A DNA stretch of 64,000 nucleotides from Octopus vulgaris (lineage: Eukaryota). Shown here one piece after another: positions 27,015 to 40,415 of this stretch; within the stretch, counting starts at the first letter, position 1, and the number at the start of each line of letters is the position of its first letter. A program made the position numbers and the translations under genes. The notes under the pieces were generated by a model. That model saw only the letters and a program-made list of their open reading frames with translations. It made no database searches and was not told the origin of the DNA. The stretch lies in contig OX597816.1 in NCBI GenBank assembly GCA_951406725.2, positions 41,726,001 through 41,790,000 on the forward strand, in the 5' to 3' direction.

Positions 27015-27862
27015 TGTGTGTGTGTATGTGTGTGTGTATGTGTGTGTGTATGTATGTGTGTGTGCGTGCGTGCGTGTGTGAGTGTGCGTGTGTGTTTGCA
27101 TGTGTATGCGTGTGTGTATGCGTGTATGTATACGTGTGAGTGTGGGTTCGCGCTCGCACCTAGTCTATACATATATATATATCTATATGTATTCTACACA
27201 ATAACTGTTTTTCAACTGAAACCATTCCAAACATACGAGACCTAATATTGTTGTATAGTTATTGAATCTCGTAATAAAAGAATTGAAACGCATAGTACTC
27301 GATAGTCAATATACATGAATGTGAATAGACAACAGAATTGAAAGTGCGAAAGCAATCGATAATAAATAACTCAGAAAAAATACAATTTACATACATCCAA
27401 TATTCTACTCTTTATTACAAACACAACCTAAGAAAGACAGGGTTTTAATACATTATCCAGAAGAACATTCCAGTAGTCAGATAAGATGTATGATTGAAGC
27501 AAATGCTCGAAATGCACAAAATAACCCAAAGTACACGCCGCTCAAAATACCTTAAAATTACTCTCCAGTGTTAATTTATCCTATACAAACCCCGCACTAA
27601 TAGCTGCATGCGCCGGGGGAGTGAGAGTGGCGACATTTGGCTTAATGAGTCTAGGCCCGACAGCACTCACGCCATGTACATTAATGCAGTGTAACACAAG
27701 ACGTTGAACTGTGCAGGCCTAGCTGCTACACTTCGGATGCAAGTTCTTTAGTGTCTGTGAAAGAAGATCGCATCCTCAAATTCTAAGAAATGAAAATATA
27801 AAAAAGCCAGAGTGGGAGAACATTTTGCAGCACGGTTGAAGAAGATAAACCTTTGTGCCTTA

Positions 27863-29090
27863 CGAGGGGCGTTCAATAAGTAATGCCCCTGACCCACTTC
27901 CCATAGCAGTAGAGCAACGAAACTTGGCACAGTTATTAGTCTTTTTCTACATAGGAACCACCCAGAGTTACGCATTTCTTCCATTGTTTGATGCAGCTCT
28001 GGAGACCGTTTTTGTAGAAGACCCCCAGCTTGGTCCTCCAACCACGACGTGACTTCAGAAATCAAGGCTGCATCATCTGGGAAACGCTTTCCTTTCAAAA
28101 ACAACTTCATGACTGGGAAGAGGTGAAAATCAGAGGGTGCAAGGTCAGGAAAGTAGGGGGATGGGGGAGGAGTTCATAGCCATACGCCTGTGCTTCTGAT
28201 CTGGCGACAACCGAGTTGTGGACCGGAGCGTTGTCCTGCAGGAGGAGGATGCCTTTGCTGATCTTGCCCCGCCTCTTGATTTTGCTAACTTCTCTTAATT
28301 TCCTCAAAAGTGAAGCATAATAGGCTCCTGCAATTGTGGTACCCTTTGCCAAGAAATCTGTCAACACTATTCCGTCCTGGTCCCAGAAGACTGTGAGCAT
28401 GACCTTGCCAGCGGAGGGCTGCACCCTTGCCTTCTTTGGAGGGGGTGAATCACGGTGCCTCCACTGCATTGACTGGGCTTTTGTCTCTGGATCATCGTGA
28501 TGGACTCAGGTTTCATCCTGTGTAATCAGTCTTTTGAAAAATTTTGACTCATCTTCTTGGCACATCTCCAAATTCACCCTCGAGCACTCGACGCGTTCTT
28601 GCTTCTGGAAAGGCGTGAGCAACCTGGGAATCCATCTGGCAGACACCTTTTGCATATGCAAATGGTCATGAATGATAGTTTCCACAGACCCGGTACTAAT
28701 CTTGACCTCATGGGCTATTTGGCGAATAATTATGCGTCGATCTTCCAAAATGGCAGCCTCAACTTGACGGACAGATGCCTCATCAATGGCAGAAGGGGCG
28801 ACCAGATCTGGGAGCTGTTTCCACAGAGTTCCGACCATGTTTGAATTCACGATGCCAGCGTTTTACAAGGTCATATGATGGGGCATCATCACCATAAATT
28901 ACTTTCATTTCATCAAAAGTCTCCCGTGGTATGCGTCCTTTCAAATACAAAAACCGGATCACTGCTCGACACTTAACAGGCTCCATTTCACACTTGACTC
29001 GGTTCAAACACCTGTAAATCAGAAACCACAATTAATTCAGAGCTGCAATTTGCCACTTACTCTATAGAGATATAAATGATTGCACATGCA
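27863..29090 (-). mobile_element. mariner transposon (DD34D, irritans-like), frameshifted; one TIR retained
   Basis: TA + TIR cgaggggcgttcaataagtaatgcccc at 27861; transposase 28986-27936: MEPVKCRAVIRFLY, WIPRLLT, ITQDET*, LLQDNAPVH, YFPDLAPSDFHLF; no matching TIR at the other end. Confidence 0.92.
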
Positions 29091-29091
29091 A

Positions 29092-29210
29092 TCACTGTAC
29101 TCTCAAATGAGGTTTGTGAAATCGAAGCATCGTGTAATCGTTACAAACGAACACCTGGCAAAACTAATTTTTTCATCCTTGACATCATAGCCACAATTTT
29201 CAACGACCAA
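29092..29210 (+). pseudogene. hAT (Charlie/Buster-like) transposase C-terminal dimerisation remnant
   Basis: SLYSQMRFVKSKHRVIVTNEHLAKLIFSSLTS*PQF resembles the hATC (E-x-x-F-S-x-M...K-x-R-x-x-L-T-D-E-H-L) motif; a likely upstream part lies at ~27700-27860. Confidence 0.55.
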
Positions 29211-30463
29211 AAGCCAAGACAGAGACCCACAAGACCTCAACTGGCAGTAAATAGCTGCTTTAACCACTCGATATTTGTAGCATTGTCTGTTTTTCATGAA
29301 AATGTTATAAGATAAATTTTGTAGAGTGATGCACTCTTTTACCTTTTACTTGTTTCATGAACACCTAATGATCTTTACAAAAAAGAAACTATTTTGAATG
29401 TCAGTTCTTACGCTTCTATTTTATCCTACACTGCATATATATAACCCAGCAAGGGCATTGATTGAAGAAGAATCCAGCGCAGTCAAACCTTTGACCCAGA
29501 GACGCTTCCTTTTTATTCTTCTTCTCCTCCTCTATCTTCGTAAACACTCCTACTAACAACGTTATCCTGTTATCACTCTATAAAATAGCCATGTTGCCTG
29601 TGATACACCAGCATATTATACTAATAATTTTTATTCATTCGAGCTAGTTGGTCTCCTACACTTTCTATTAATCCCATCTTCTATTTACCCATATTCTGCC
29701 TAACATGCATGCCAATCTTACATAGTTCATAAAATGAAGTAATTTTCACCGAGAGTTTCCACATATTTCAGTGCACTGCCATCCGATTTTATCTTCAAGG
29801 CATCAGGCGTCCACGACGTTTAAATGCTAGATACAAAAGCATTTTATGAAAATGAAAGCAAAAATATATATACAAGATTAGTTGTAGATTACAGATTGGT
29901 ATTTCTGAAACATGATATATTTCTGTTCAACATTGAAAATGTAACGCTTTATGATAAATAATTTTGATAAAAACCAACTTCTAGTACACATGAATTAATC
30001 ACCAAGATGATAAAGACAACCTACTTTAGGTTGTTAATACGAAAGTATTTTATTGATATAGAGATAGGAACATCATAATTATTGAGCAAACAGTGCGCTC
30101 ATGTGCCGGATATATATTTAACGAAGTAGGAACTCATAACGACAAAAACCTTTAAGTGAGTGCTGCAGCAAAAATGTATTTTACATGTTAAATAATATAA
30201 AAGTAATATTCGTATTGTATGCAACAAAATGGATATGAGCACATCACATGAAAAACTGCAAAAACAATCTTCTCGGAAGGCATTACTCTGACTACCGGTA
30301 GGCGTTTCCAGCTTCTTCGGTGAAATTATATTAACGTCTTAACAAGCCACTTGTTCAGTTGATTAAAGAACTATTGAAAATATATCGAAACGTTTTTGCT
30401 CGTACAATCGCAGAGTCTACATAAAAGAATACATTGAAATACACACATAACACACACACACCG

Positions 30464-31100
<637 letters not shown>

Positions 31101-31453
31101 TATGTGCATAAGTTGTGCGTTTTAGCGTATGTGTGTGCTTGTGTGAATGTATCGCGAGCTCTTGTGCTTGCGCATTTATGGATATGGGAATTCCTGAATT
31201 ACCACAATATTACTAATGAGGTTTAAGTAAAGGATCATGATTACTGAAAGATAATAAAATATAAATTTGAACCGATCATTTATAGAGAATTTCTGCTGTA
31301 GATAGATTCCTGCAATTATAACTATAGACAGATTGATGGAAACGGTAAAAAAAAAAATATAAAAGACATAACTGCATATAATATCAGTAATAAGGAAGTA
31401 TGCATTTAGATGTTTCCTATTGATGAACTTACTTCTATTGAAGAAAAAGCATG

Positions 31454-31619
<166 letters not shown>

Positions 31620-32340
31620 TGTGTTTAAGTGTTAGTGCGCGTGCGTGTGTGCGTGCATGTTTCTGTATATGTGGGTATCTCTGCGTGCGTTTGATTGTAT
31701 TTGTAGTGATATATAAGAATGAAAAGCCTGTGGCGATCACAGAACGCTCCTCTAGTGGGCCCGGCTATCATACTACATAGTAATCAAATACGAAGGAATA
31801 TAATATAGAATTCTGTGCAGCTGAAATCCAGGACATCGAATCGTTGAACTCATTTCATGAGGTGTATATAGAGAATAAAAAATATCAGGGGTGATGAGAG
31901 ATGATATTTACTGAAATACCTCTTATAACTAGGCTTACGGTCGATTCGCTGCATTCATCATGTAATAATAATTTCATAGCATAATAAACTGCTTTACCTG
32001 CCTGCACCATTATGCATGATACACAATGTATGGTATACATGTACGATTCAGCTAGGATATAGAAGCGTAGGTCATTAGACAACCAGAACATCATAGTTAG
32101 GCCAATGCTGCTATTTCTGCATTGATTTGTAAACATACAATTATACTGAGCAATGTCTAACATGTATATTGGTGCAGACATGAAAAAGAATTTATTAATC
32201 ACTGAAATTGTTGTTACGTGATGTAGGATGCTAAAGGGACATAATATGAAGGATATCAAGTGCTTAAAGAAATCATATTTACCTCTTCTACCTCCCCACA
32301 TTTTATTTGATATTCGATGTACGCATATTTGCACGTGTTT

Positions 32341-32389
<49 letters not shown>

Positions 32390-32565
32390 ACCACTACTAC
32401 ATGAACCTGAAGATTGCAGAATTTAATGCATGGAAGTACTAGTTCAATCAGAATGAACATTTAACATTCTATTATTTTATTTTATTTTGTTATATTATAT
32501 TATCTTATATCATTATAAGATTGTAAATAAAACGTGAAAATCAGACAAGGTTGGAATTCCTTTTA

Positions 32566-32597
<32 letters not shown>

Positions 32598-32600
<3 letters not shown>

Positions 32601-33012
32601 ATAAATATTAGGGAATAAATCCAAATTTACAGGGAAAAAATCAGATTTAGGATTAAATCCAATTTTATAGTAAAATATTATATAATATTAATTAGAGACA
32701 AAACCACTATTTTGCAAAACAAACAAGGAAAGACTTAATCAATACATAAGATTTTAATAAAAAGTCAAAAAAACCGCCACTACAATTGTTTCTTGTCCTG
32801 ATCGACAATCTTCAGGTGGACTTCCAATTTTCAAGTCAGTTTCAAATTATGAAGTCATAATTTGAAACTGACTTGTATGCGGCAAAGTAATTTATTTTAC
32901 TAAGCCCTTTTATATATTGTAATAATTTGAATTCGCCTTAAATGGTCCCTTTGCATACTGAACACTTGGTGAAATTAATTAATAATTAATTAATTTTACC
33001 CTCAATTGTTGA
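32598..33012. mobile_element. Chimeric PLE/retrozyme-like insertion in (TA)n
   Basis: Minus-strand hammerhead family (32598-32852), 21-bp-arm hairpin 32832-32875, then the plus-strand tail of the 566-bp family (32875-33012). Confidence 0.75.
32777..32819 (-). ncRNA. Intact minimal type-I hammerhead ribozyme motif
   Basis: Minus strand: ccac-CTGAAGA-ttgtc-gatcag-gacaa-GAAA-caattg-TA-gtgg; stems I and II fully paired, palindromic stem III, GUA triplet. Confidence 0.85.
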
Positions 33013-33050
33013 TATATATATATATATATATATATGTATATTATATGTAC

Positions 33051-33132
<82 letters not shown>

Positions 33133-33926
33133 GTATGTATGTATGTATGTATCTATCTATCTATCTATATATATATATATTTACTTATTCATCTATGTGT
33201 GTGTGTAAGCACATGATATTTAGATATATATTGAACATACATACGTATACACGCGCACACAGATATATATGTATGTAAATAAGGAAATGATATTTCGGAA
33301 CTGTGATTGATGAATTGTTATAGAGATAGCTAAATAGGTTGATAGAGAGATAGAGATAGAAAAGAACGGAAATGGAAGAGGGTCGGAATGGAAGTAGGCC
33401 AACTGATTCCTTTGAAAGTCGGAAATGTCCAACCTGTCCTTTGTTGATCAATAACTACTAAAATGTTTTGATTCTACTTACAGGATTTAGGATTGCCGAT
33501 TTTAATATACTCATTTGGAAAAGCTTTCTTATAGTACATTCGATGTGAGTCATGTTTTCCCTCACATTTACGACAAAGTAGCGTAAAATTAACAACCTCT
33601 ACATTTACGAATAGTAAATGAACTTATATAAATTAATATGGCCTGGTCAATGTAAGGTAGTAGAAACAGAAGTGTGATGTAGAACAGATATTTCGGAATC
33701 GTACTGAGGTTTATGCATGACAAACATTTAGAAATATGATTCCTCATATTTAGATTTAATCTTTGAGTCGTACATTTAGATTTACTTAATGTTTCTTTCG
33801 AATTTCAGCACAAAGCCAGCACGTTGAGGGAAGGTGTATGTCGAAAACATAGACCCCATTCGGGAACTGTTACCTATTTTATTGAAGCTGAAACACGACC
33901 CCAGTGATATTTTGACTCAAAATATC

Positions 33927-34395
33927 AAGGGAGAGCAGAAATTCTTCGCTTGCATGTTCGAATTTGCTGGCACTGTTAGTTTCGAGTAGATCTTCGGAGA
34001 CGATGGGAGGCCGAAAAGGTATGCTCCTACTTTCAGTGTTTTCAAATCCAAACCAGGGAGTTCTGAGCTGATGATAGAAATGTCTTTTTGACTAATCTTG
34101 AAACGTACGTTCTCAAATAACCTTTGCATTTGATTTTTTAATGTTTCTACCCTCATACTTTCGTGAGTTGAATTGAGCAAACACTATACGAGAGAGATTT
34201 TCTTTAAGTATTGGAAATAGTTTTAAAAAAGTGTTTTTAGCTGCTATTTCTAATGAGTTCAGTATGCGGCAAAGTAATTTATTTTACTAAGCCCTTTTAT
34301 ATAATGTAATAATTTGAATTCGCCTTAAATGGTCCCTTTGCATACTGAATACTTGGTGAAATTGATTAATTAATTAATTTTACCCTCAATTGTTG

Positions 34396-34400
<5 letters not shown>
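33927..34400 (+). mobile_element. Solo, diverged copy of the 566-bp hammerhead repeat
   Basis: Homologous to the array units; hammerhead at 34064-34115; 5' junction hairpin 33905-33927; ends in (AT)n. Confidence 0.88.
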
Positions 34401-34463
<63 letters not shown>

Positions 34464-34469
34464 TATGCA

Positions 34470-34730
34470 TATGTGTGTGTGTGATATATGTACGTTTTTA
34501 TGTATGTGTCTTTGCGCCTGTGCTTGATATTTGACCATCAATTTGTGTCCGATGCTGGAGGTTTAGGTAGACGTAAGTTAGCGGTTCGGCAAACGAGGCC
34601 ATTAAAATAAATACTAGGCTGAAAGAGAATACTTACTTGTGTCAATTTCTGCTATTAAAGCCTTCGAAGGTAGTACTACAGCATGACTGTAGTATGGCGG
34701 CAGTGAAATGACTGAAACAAGTAAATGAAT
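34470..34730 (+). mobile_element. SINE family A, 3' half
   Basis: ccgatgctgg...ttagcggttcggcaaa...aaatgactgaaacaagtaaa. Confidence 0.75.
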
Positions 34731-36320
34731 TATATATATAGAGAGAGAGAGAGAGGAAGAGAGAGAGTCACACACACACATGTGGTTAAGGTGAGTGTAT
34801 GCATGGTCATGTTTCCTTCTCTCCTAAGCTGTCGTATGCGGAGCAGCGTTATGATGTTTGTTTTCTCGTAGAAAACAATATTCGAAGGAAAGAGTAAACC
34901 ACACAAATATACTGAAAAAGTTATGAAAATGTATGCAGAAAACCGTTATAACCATTTCGAGATTTTACCACCCCCACACAAGTTCTAACACACGCACACG
35001 CATACACACAGAACAACATGTATGCTCATGTACACACTTCCACACACACGCACACATGCACACACACACACGCGAGCATAAACACACACGCACACGGACA
35101 TGTATGTATATATTGATTTTTATATCTACAGATCGTTTAATAGTGTTTAACATTTTCAGTTGCAGTAGTACGACTACAGTTTGTTTTTTACAGTACTTAA
35201 AAAGGAATGGAAGGAGATACTGTTATAGCCCGTATATTTGTAAATAGCTATCTACACATTTGCATGTGTTAATGCAGATTTATTTGCAATACCCTGTCGG
35301 AAATGTGGCCACTCCGCCTCTTTACAATGAGGATTGTGTTTCATACCCAGTAATATAGTTATACACTTTGCAATATTCGGTGGTATGTTCTTCACCGCAG
35401 AACTCAATTTTATACTTATATTCCGTATAAAGTTATGTAATTGTGCAATACCCATGAAAAAATCGATAATCAAATACCGAACGATAAAGATTTCCTACAA
35501 TATGCATGCATTATTTTGCATGCTTATTAAAGGAAGTTTTTACTGCTCAGATCAAAAAGTTTTTTAAAGGCAATAAATTGGTCAACATATAGTCAGGAAC
35601 TGGATGCAGACTACGAAACAGCTGTCAACATATGGCCCAAAAAGTATTTCATATCCAAATACTCCAAATTTTGGTAAATTATAACATACTCTACCACCGT
35701 TTCCGTGCAACCCTTATTGGACCTACAATTATAAGTTATGTAATCGTGGGCGAGGCAAACAAAGGTAGGAGAGTGCATCTTTGAGCATAGAAGCCCGAAA
35801 ACCAGAAAACTGGTGAAGCCGACAGCTGTACACATAATGCACACAAACACACACACATACATACACATACACACACACACATATATAAAATATAATATGA
35901 TATAAGGAAAATGGAGAATTTGAACACAAAAATCAATTTACGTATATAATAGTCAATTTCATATTATCTACGTATGTTTAAATTTCTAACCTTCATTCAT
36001 AGTTGTCATTTCAGTTTGCGGTATACATTTAAAAGGTAAGATTCTCTTGAAGGCAAAAATTGACAAATATTCTCTCACATTTTAATGAGCGGAGAGTTGC
36101 TTACAGAATGAGATAGCAGCTTGCTTTTGTCTGTTAATGATTGTCAGCAAGTGTGTCTTTTCGAATTCTTTCTAAAAATAGCTTCAGGTTAAACTACGAC
36201 CACAGTGGACAATGGCTAGTTGAAGTTCCTCAGAAGTAGGTCAGACTACGATTCTCCATAGATTGCTTTTATAAAAGATCTTTAACACTCCTATCTGTAC
36301 GCACTTGTGAAAAGAATAAA

Positions 36321-36360
<40 letters not shown>

Positions 36361-36400
36361 CATACATACAAACATACATTCATACATATATATATATATA

Positions 36401-39219
36401 TATAATTTCAACAATTGAGGGTAAAATTAATTAATTAATTATTAATCAATATCACCAAGTGTTCAGTATGTAAAGGGACCATTTAAGGCGGATTCAAATT
36501 ATTACATTATATAAAAGGGCTTAGTAAAATAAATTACTTTGCCACATACTGAAAGGGGAGAGCAGAAATTCTTCGCTTGCATATTTTGGGTTTGCTGGCA
36601 CTGTTAGTTTCGAGCAGATCTTCAGAAGCGATTAGAAGCCGAAAGGGTATGCTCCCACTTTCAGTGTTTTCAAATCCAAACCAAGGAGTTCTGAGATGAT
36701 GATAGAAATGTCGAGTTTGACTAATCTTGAAACGTACGTTCTCAAATAACCTTTGCATTTGATTTTTTAATGTCTTTACCCCCATACTTTCGTGAGTTGA
36801 ATTGAACAAACACTATATGAGAGAGATTTTCTTTAAGTATTAGAAATAGTTATAAAAAAAGTTTTTTTTAGCTGCTATTTCTAATGAGTTCAGTATGTGG
36901 CAAAGTAATTTATTTTACTAAGCCCTTTTATATAATGTAATAATTTGAATCCGCCTTAAATGGTCCCTTTACATACTGAACACTTGGTGATATTGATTAA
37001 TAATTAATTAATTAATTTTACCCTCAATTGTTGAAATTATAATTCATCTCTCTCTATTTAATGTTTTCGGATTTACTGAAAAAACATAGTGTTTGCTGAT
37101 TTTAACCCACGCTGGTGGAAAGGGGAGAGCAGAAATTCTTCGCTTGCATATTTTGGGTTTGCTGGCACTGTTAGTTTCGAGCAGATCTTCAGAAGCGATT
37201 AGAAGCCGAAAGGGTATGCTCCCACTTTCAGTGTTTTCAAATCCAAACCAAGGAGTTCTGAGCTGATGATAGAAATGTCGAGTTTGACTAATCTTGAAAC
37301 GTACGTTCTCAAATAACATTTGCATTTGATTTTTTAATGTCTTTACCCCCATACTTTCGTGAGTTGAATTGAACAAACACTATATGAGAGAGATTTTCTT
37401 TAAGTATTAGAAATAGTTTTAAAAAAAGATTTTTTAGCTGCTTTTTCTAATGAGTTCTGTATGTGGCAAAGTAATTTATTTTACTAAGACCTTTTATATA
37501 ATGTAATAATTTGAATCCGCCTTAAATGGTCCCTTTACATACTGAACACTTGGTGATATTGATTAATAATTAATTAATTAATTTTACCCTCAATTGTTGA
37601 AATTATAATTCATCTCTCTCTATTTAATGTTTTCGGATTTACCGAAAAAACATAGTGTTTGCTGATTTTAACCCACGCTGGTGGAAAGGGGAGAGCAGAA
37701 ATTCTTCGCTTGCATATTTTGGGTTTGCTGGCACTGTTAGTTTCGAGCAGATCTTCAGAAGCGATTAGAAGCCGAAAGGGTATGCTCCCACTTTCAGTGT
37801 TTTCAAATCCAAACCAAGGAGTTCTGAGCTGATGATAGAAATGTCGAGTTTGACTAATCTTGAAACGTACGTTCTCAAATAACATTTGCATTTGATTTTT
37901 TAATGTCTTTACCCCCATACTTTCGTGAGTTGAATTGAACAAACACTATATGAGAGAGATTTTCTTTAAGTATTAGAAATAGTTTTAAAAAAAGTTTTTT
38001 TTAGCTGTTATTTCTAATGAGTTCAGTATGTGGCAAAGTAATTTATTTTACTAAGCCCTTTTATATAATGTAATAATTTGAATCCGCCTTAAATGGTCCC
38101 TTTACATACTGAACACTTGGTGATATTGATTAATAATTAATTAATTAATTTTACCCTCAATTGTTGAAATTATAATTCATCTCTCTCTATTTAATGTTTT
38201 CGGATTTACCGAAAAAACATAGTGTTTGCTGATTTTAACCCACGCTGGTGGAAAGGGGAGAACAGAAATTCTTCGCTTGCATATTTTGGGTTTGCTGGCA
38301 CTGTTAGTTTCGAGCAGATCTTCAGAAGCGATTAGAAGCCGAAAGGGTATGCTCCCACTTTCAGTGTTTTCAAATCCAAACCAAGGAGTTCTGAGTTGAT
38401 GATAGAAATGTCGAGTTTGACTAATCTTGAAACGTACGTTCTCAAATAACCTTTGCATTTGATTTTTTTATGTCTTTACCCCCACACTTTCGTGAGTTGA
38501 ATTGAACAAACACTCTATGAGAGAGATTTTCTTTAAGTATTAGAAATAGTTTTAAAAAAAGTTTTTTTAGCTGCTATTTCTAATGAGTTCAGTATGTGGC
38601 AAAGTAATTTATTTTACTAAGCCCTTTTATATAATGTGATAATTTGAATCCGCCTTAAATGGTCCCTTTACATACTGAACACTTGGTGATATTGATTAAT
38701 AATTAATTAATTAATTTTACCCTCAATTGTTGAAATTATAATTCATCTCTCTCTATTTAATGTTTTCGGATTTACCGAAAAAACATAGTGTTTGCTGATT
38801 TTAACCCACGCTGGTGGAAAGGGGAGAGCAGAAATTCTTCGCTTGCATATTTTGGGTTTGCTGGCACTGTTAGTTTCGAGCAGATCTTCAGAAGCGATTA
38901 GAAGCCGAAAGGGTATGCTCCCACTTTCAGTGTTTTCAAATCCAAACCAAGGAGTTCTGAGCTGATGACAGAAATGTCGAGTTTGACTAATCTTGAAACG
39001 TACGTTCTCAAATAACCTTTGCATTTGATTTTTAATGTCTTTACCCCCATACTTTCGTGAGTTGAATTGAACAAACACTATATGAGAGAGATTTTCTTTA
39101 AGTATTAGAAATAGTTTTAAAAAAAGTTTTTTAGCTGCTATTTCTAATGAGTTCAGTATGTGGCAAAGTAATTTATTTTACTAAGCCCTTTTATAGTAAT
39201 TTATATTACTAAGCCCTTT

Positions 39220-39230
<11 letters not shown>
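36401..39230 (+). repeat. Tandem array of 566/567-bp units, each with a hammerhead motif (retrozyme/PLE pLTR-like), preceded by an inverted tail
   Basis: Inverted tail 36401-36553; units start at 36551 (partial), 37043, 37609, 38176, 38742 (partial); hammerheads at 36692, 37259, 37825, 38392, 38958; (TA)n on both flanks. Confidence 0.92.
37259..37311 (+). ncRNA. Hammerhead ribozyme motif (representative array copy)
   Basis: tgag-CTGATGA-t-aga-aat-gtcg-agtt-tgac-taa-tct-t-GAAA-cgtacg-TT-ctca; imperfect stem II, GUU triplet. Confidence 0.7.
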
Positions 39231-39255
<25 letters not shown>

Positions 39256-39258
<3 letters not shown>

Positions 39259-39740
39259 CAAACCGACAGAAAGATAGATGCATATAGGTCAGACATCATT
39301 TTGAAAGTCTTCAGGCAAAAACCATGCCTCCTCTTTGACATGACTTCCAAATCGACATAAACATGTCTGTGAAGACCTAACAAAAACTGAGCAAGGATAA
39401 AAATCTTGAAATAGCAACTGGCAAAATGTTGAATCTCAAGACTAAACAATACCTGTTGTCATAGGAATGATAGCAAGAGTGGACGATTCCTAGCTTGATC
39501 AGATACCAGGAAACCTGAAAATGGCAGATATTCAAAAGATAGTGCTCATGGAAATTGTCCATATCATACGTAACATACTGTCTATGTAATCTCAAATTTT
39601 CAAACAACCTAATAATTTTCTTATGCTTTCTTAAATCTTCTCGAGAAAAAAACACTATGTGCAAAACCAATTATATGACACCCTAGGCATAATACCAACT
39701 TAAATTTCTAACTTGTCTCTTGAAATTCTAAGTTGTCTAA
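39256..39740 (+). pseudogene. Second, older R4/Dong-like REL endonuclease 3' remnant
   Basis: VQTDRKIDAYRSDIILK...CLLFDMT...KLSKDKNLEI...IPVVIG...IQKIVLMEIVHIIRNILSM*. Confidence 0.8.
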
Positions 39741-40204
39741 TAACAACAAGAAAAACGAAAATAAAATAATGCAAATAATCTAAATATATATGCAGCTACT
39801 TAGAGTAGCAACAACGAATGTAAATTATATATAACAAAACAAGTATTGTTTGGAAGTAGTTTTCCTTCATATTTATATATTTTTTGTCTGTAGATAAATA
39901 TACATATATGCTGTAGGATAAATAGGATGTTGCTCCCAACGAAACTTGTTTTAAACAATTCAGGAAATAAACGGGATTACCAATACGTAGCCTAACAAAC
40001 GTTTGAATTTGTGTGGATCCAATTCAAAGTCACCTAAATACCATACCAAAAAACGAAGAAAAAATAATCATATCTGAATCTGATGCAATTCATTATCAGT
40101 TCTAAATAAAACATGACTTCGTAATGTTTCTATATGAACATTCTGTTTCGTATATGTATATTAGTGGTAAATACTAGATAATACCATTATATATCGAGGT
40201 GATA

Positions 40205-40415
40205 TTGCTTGGAAATTTTGGCACGAGGCCAGCAAAATCCCGGGTGTGTGTAACTCGATTACATCGACACCAGTGTTCAAATGGTACTTAGTTTATCGAC
40301 CCCGAAATGAGAAAAAAAAGCAGATCTCGGTGGCATTTGAACTCAGAACGTACAGACGGACGAAATGCCGCTAACGAAATTATCAGCTGTGCTAAAGATT
40401 CTGCGATCTCGCCAC
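40205..40415 (-). mobile_element. SINE family B
   Basis: tttatcgaccccgaaa...atttgaactcagaacgtacagacggacgaaatgccgcta. Confidence 0.8.

Noticed and set aside
31885-32460. 191-aa minus-strand ORF
   Set aside because: Runs through a TA microsatellite, no recognisable motif or clear splice structure; possibly decayed TE or chance
36534-39078. Repeated ~110-aa minus-strand ORF in the 566-bp units as a tandem gene family
   Set aside because: No recognisable domain; frameshifted in some units and read in a different frame in the solo copy at 33917; antisense to the hammerhead
36401-39230. CRISPR-like array
   Set aside because: Whole units are near-identical with no unique spacers; eukaryotic context and no cas genes
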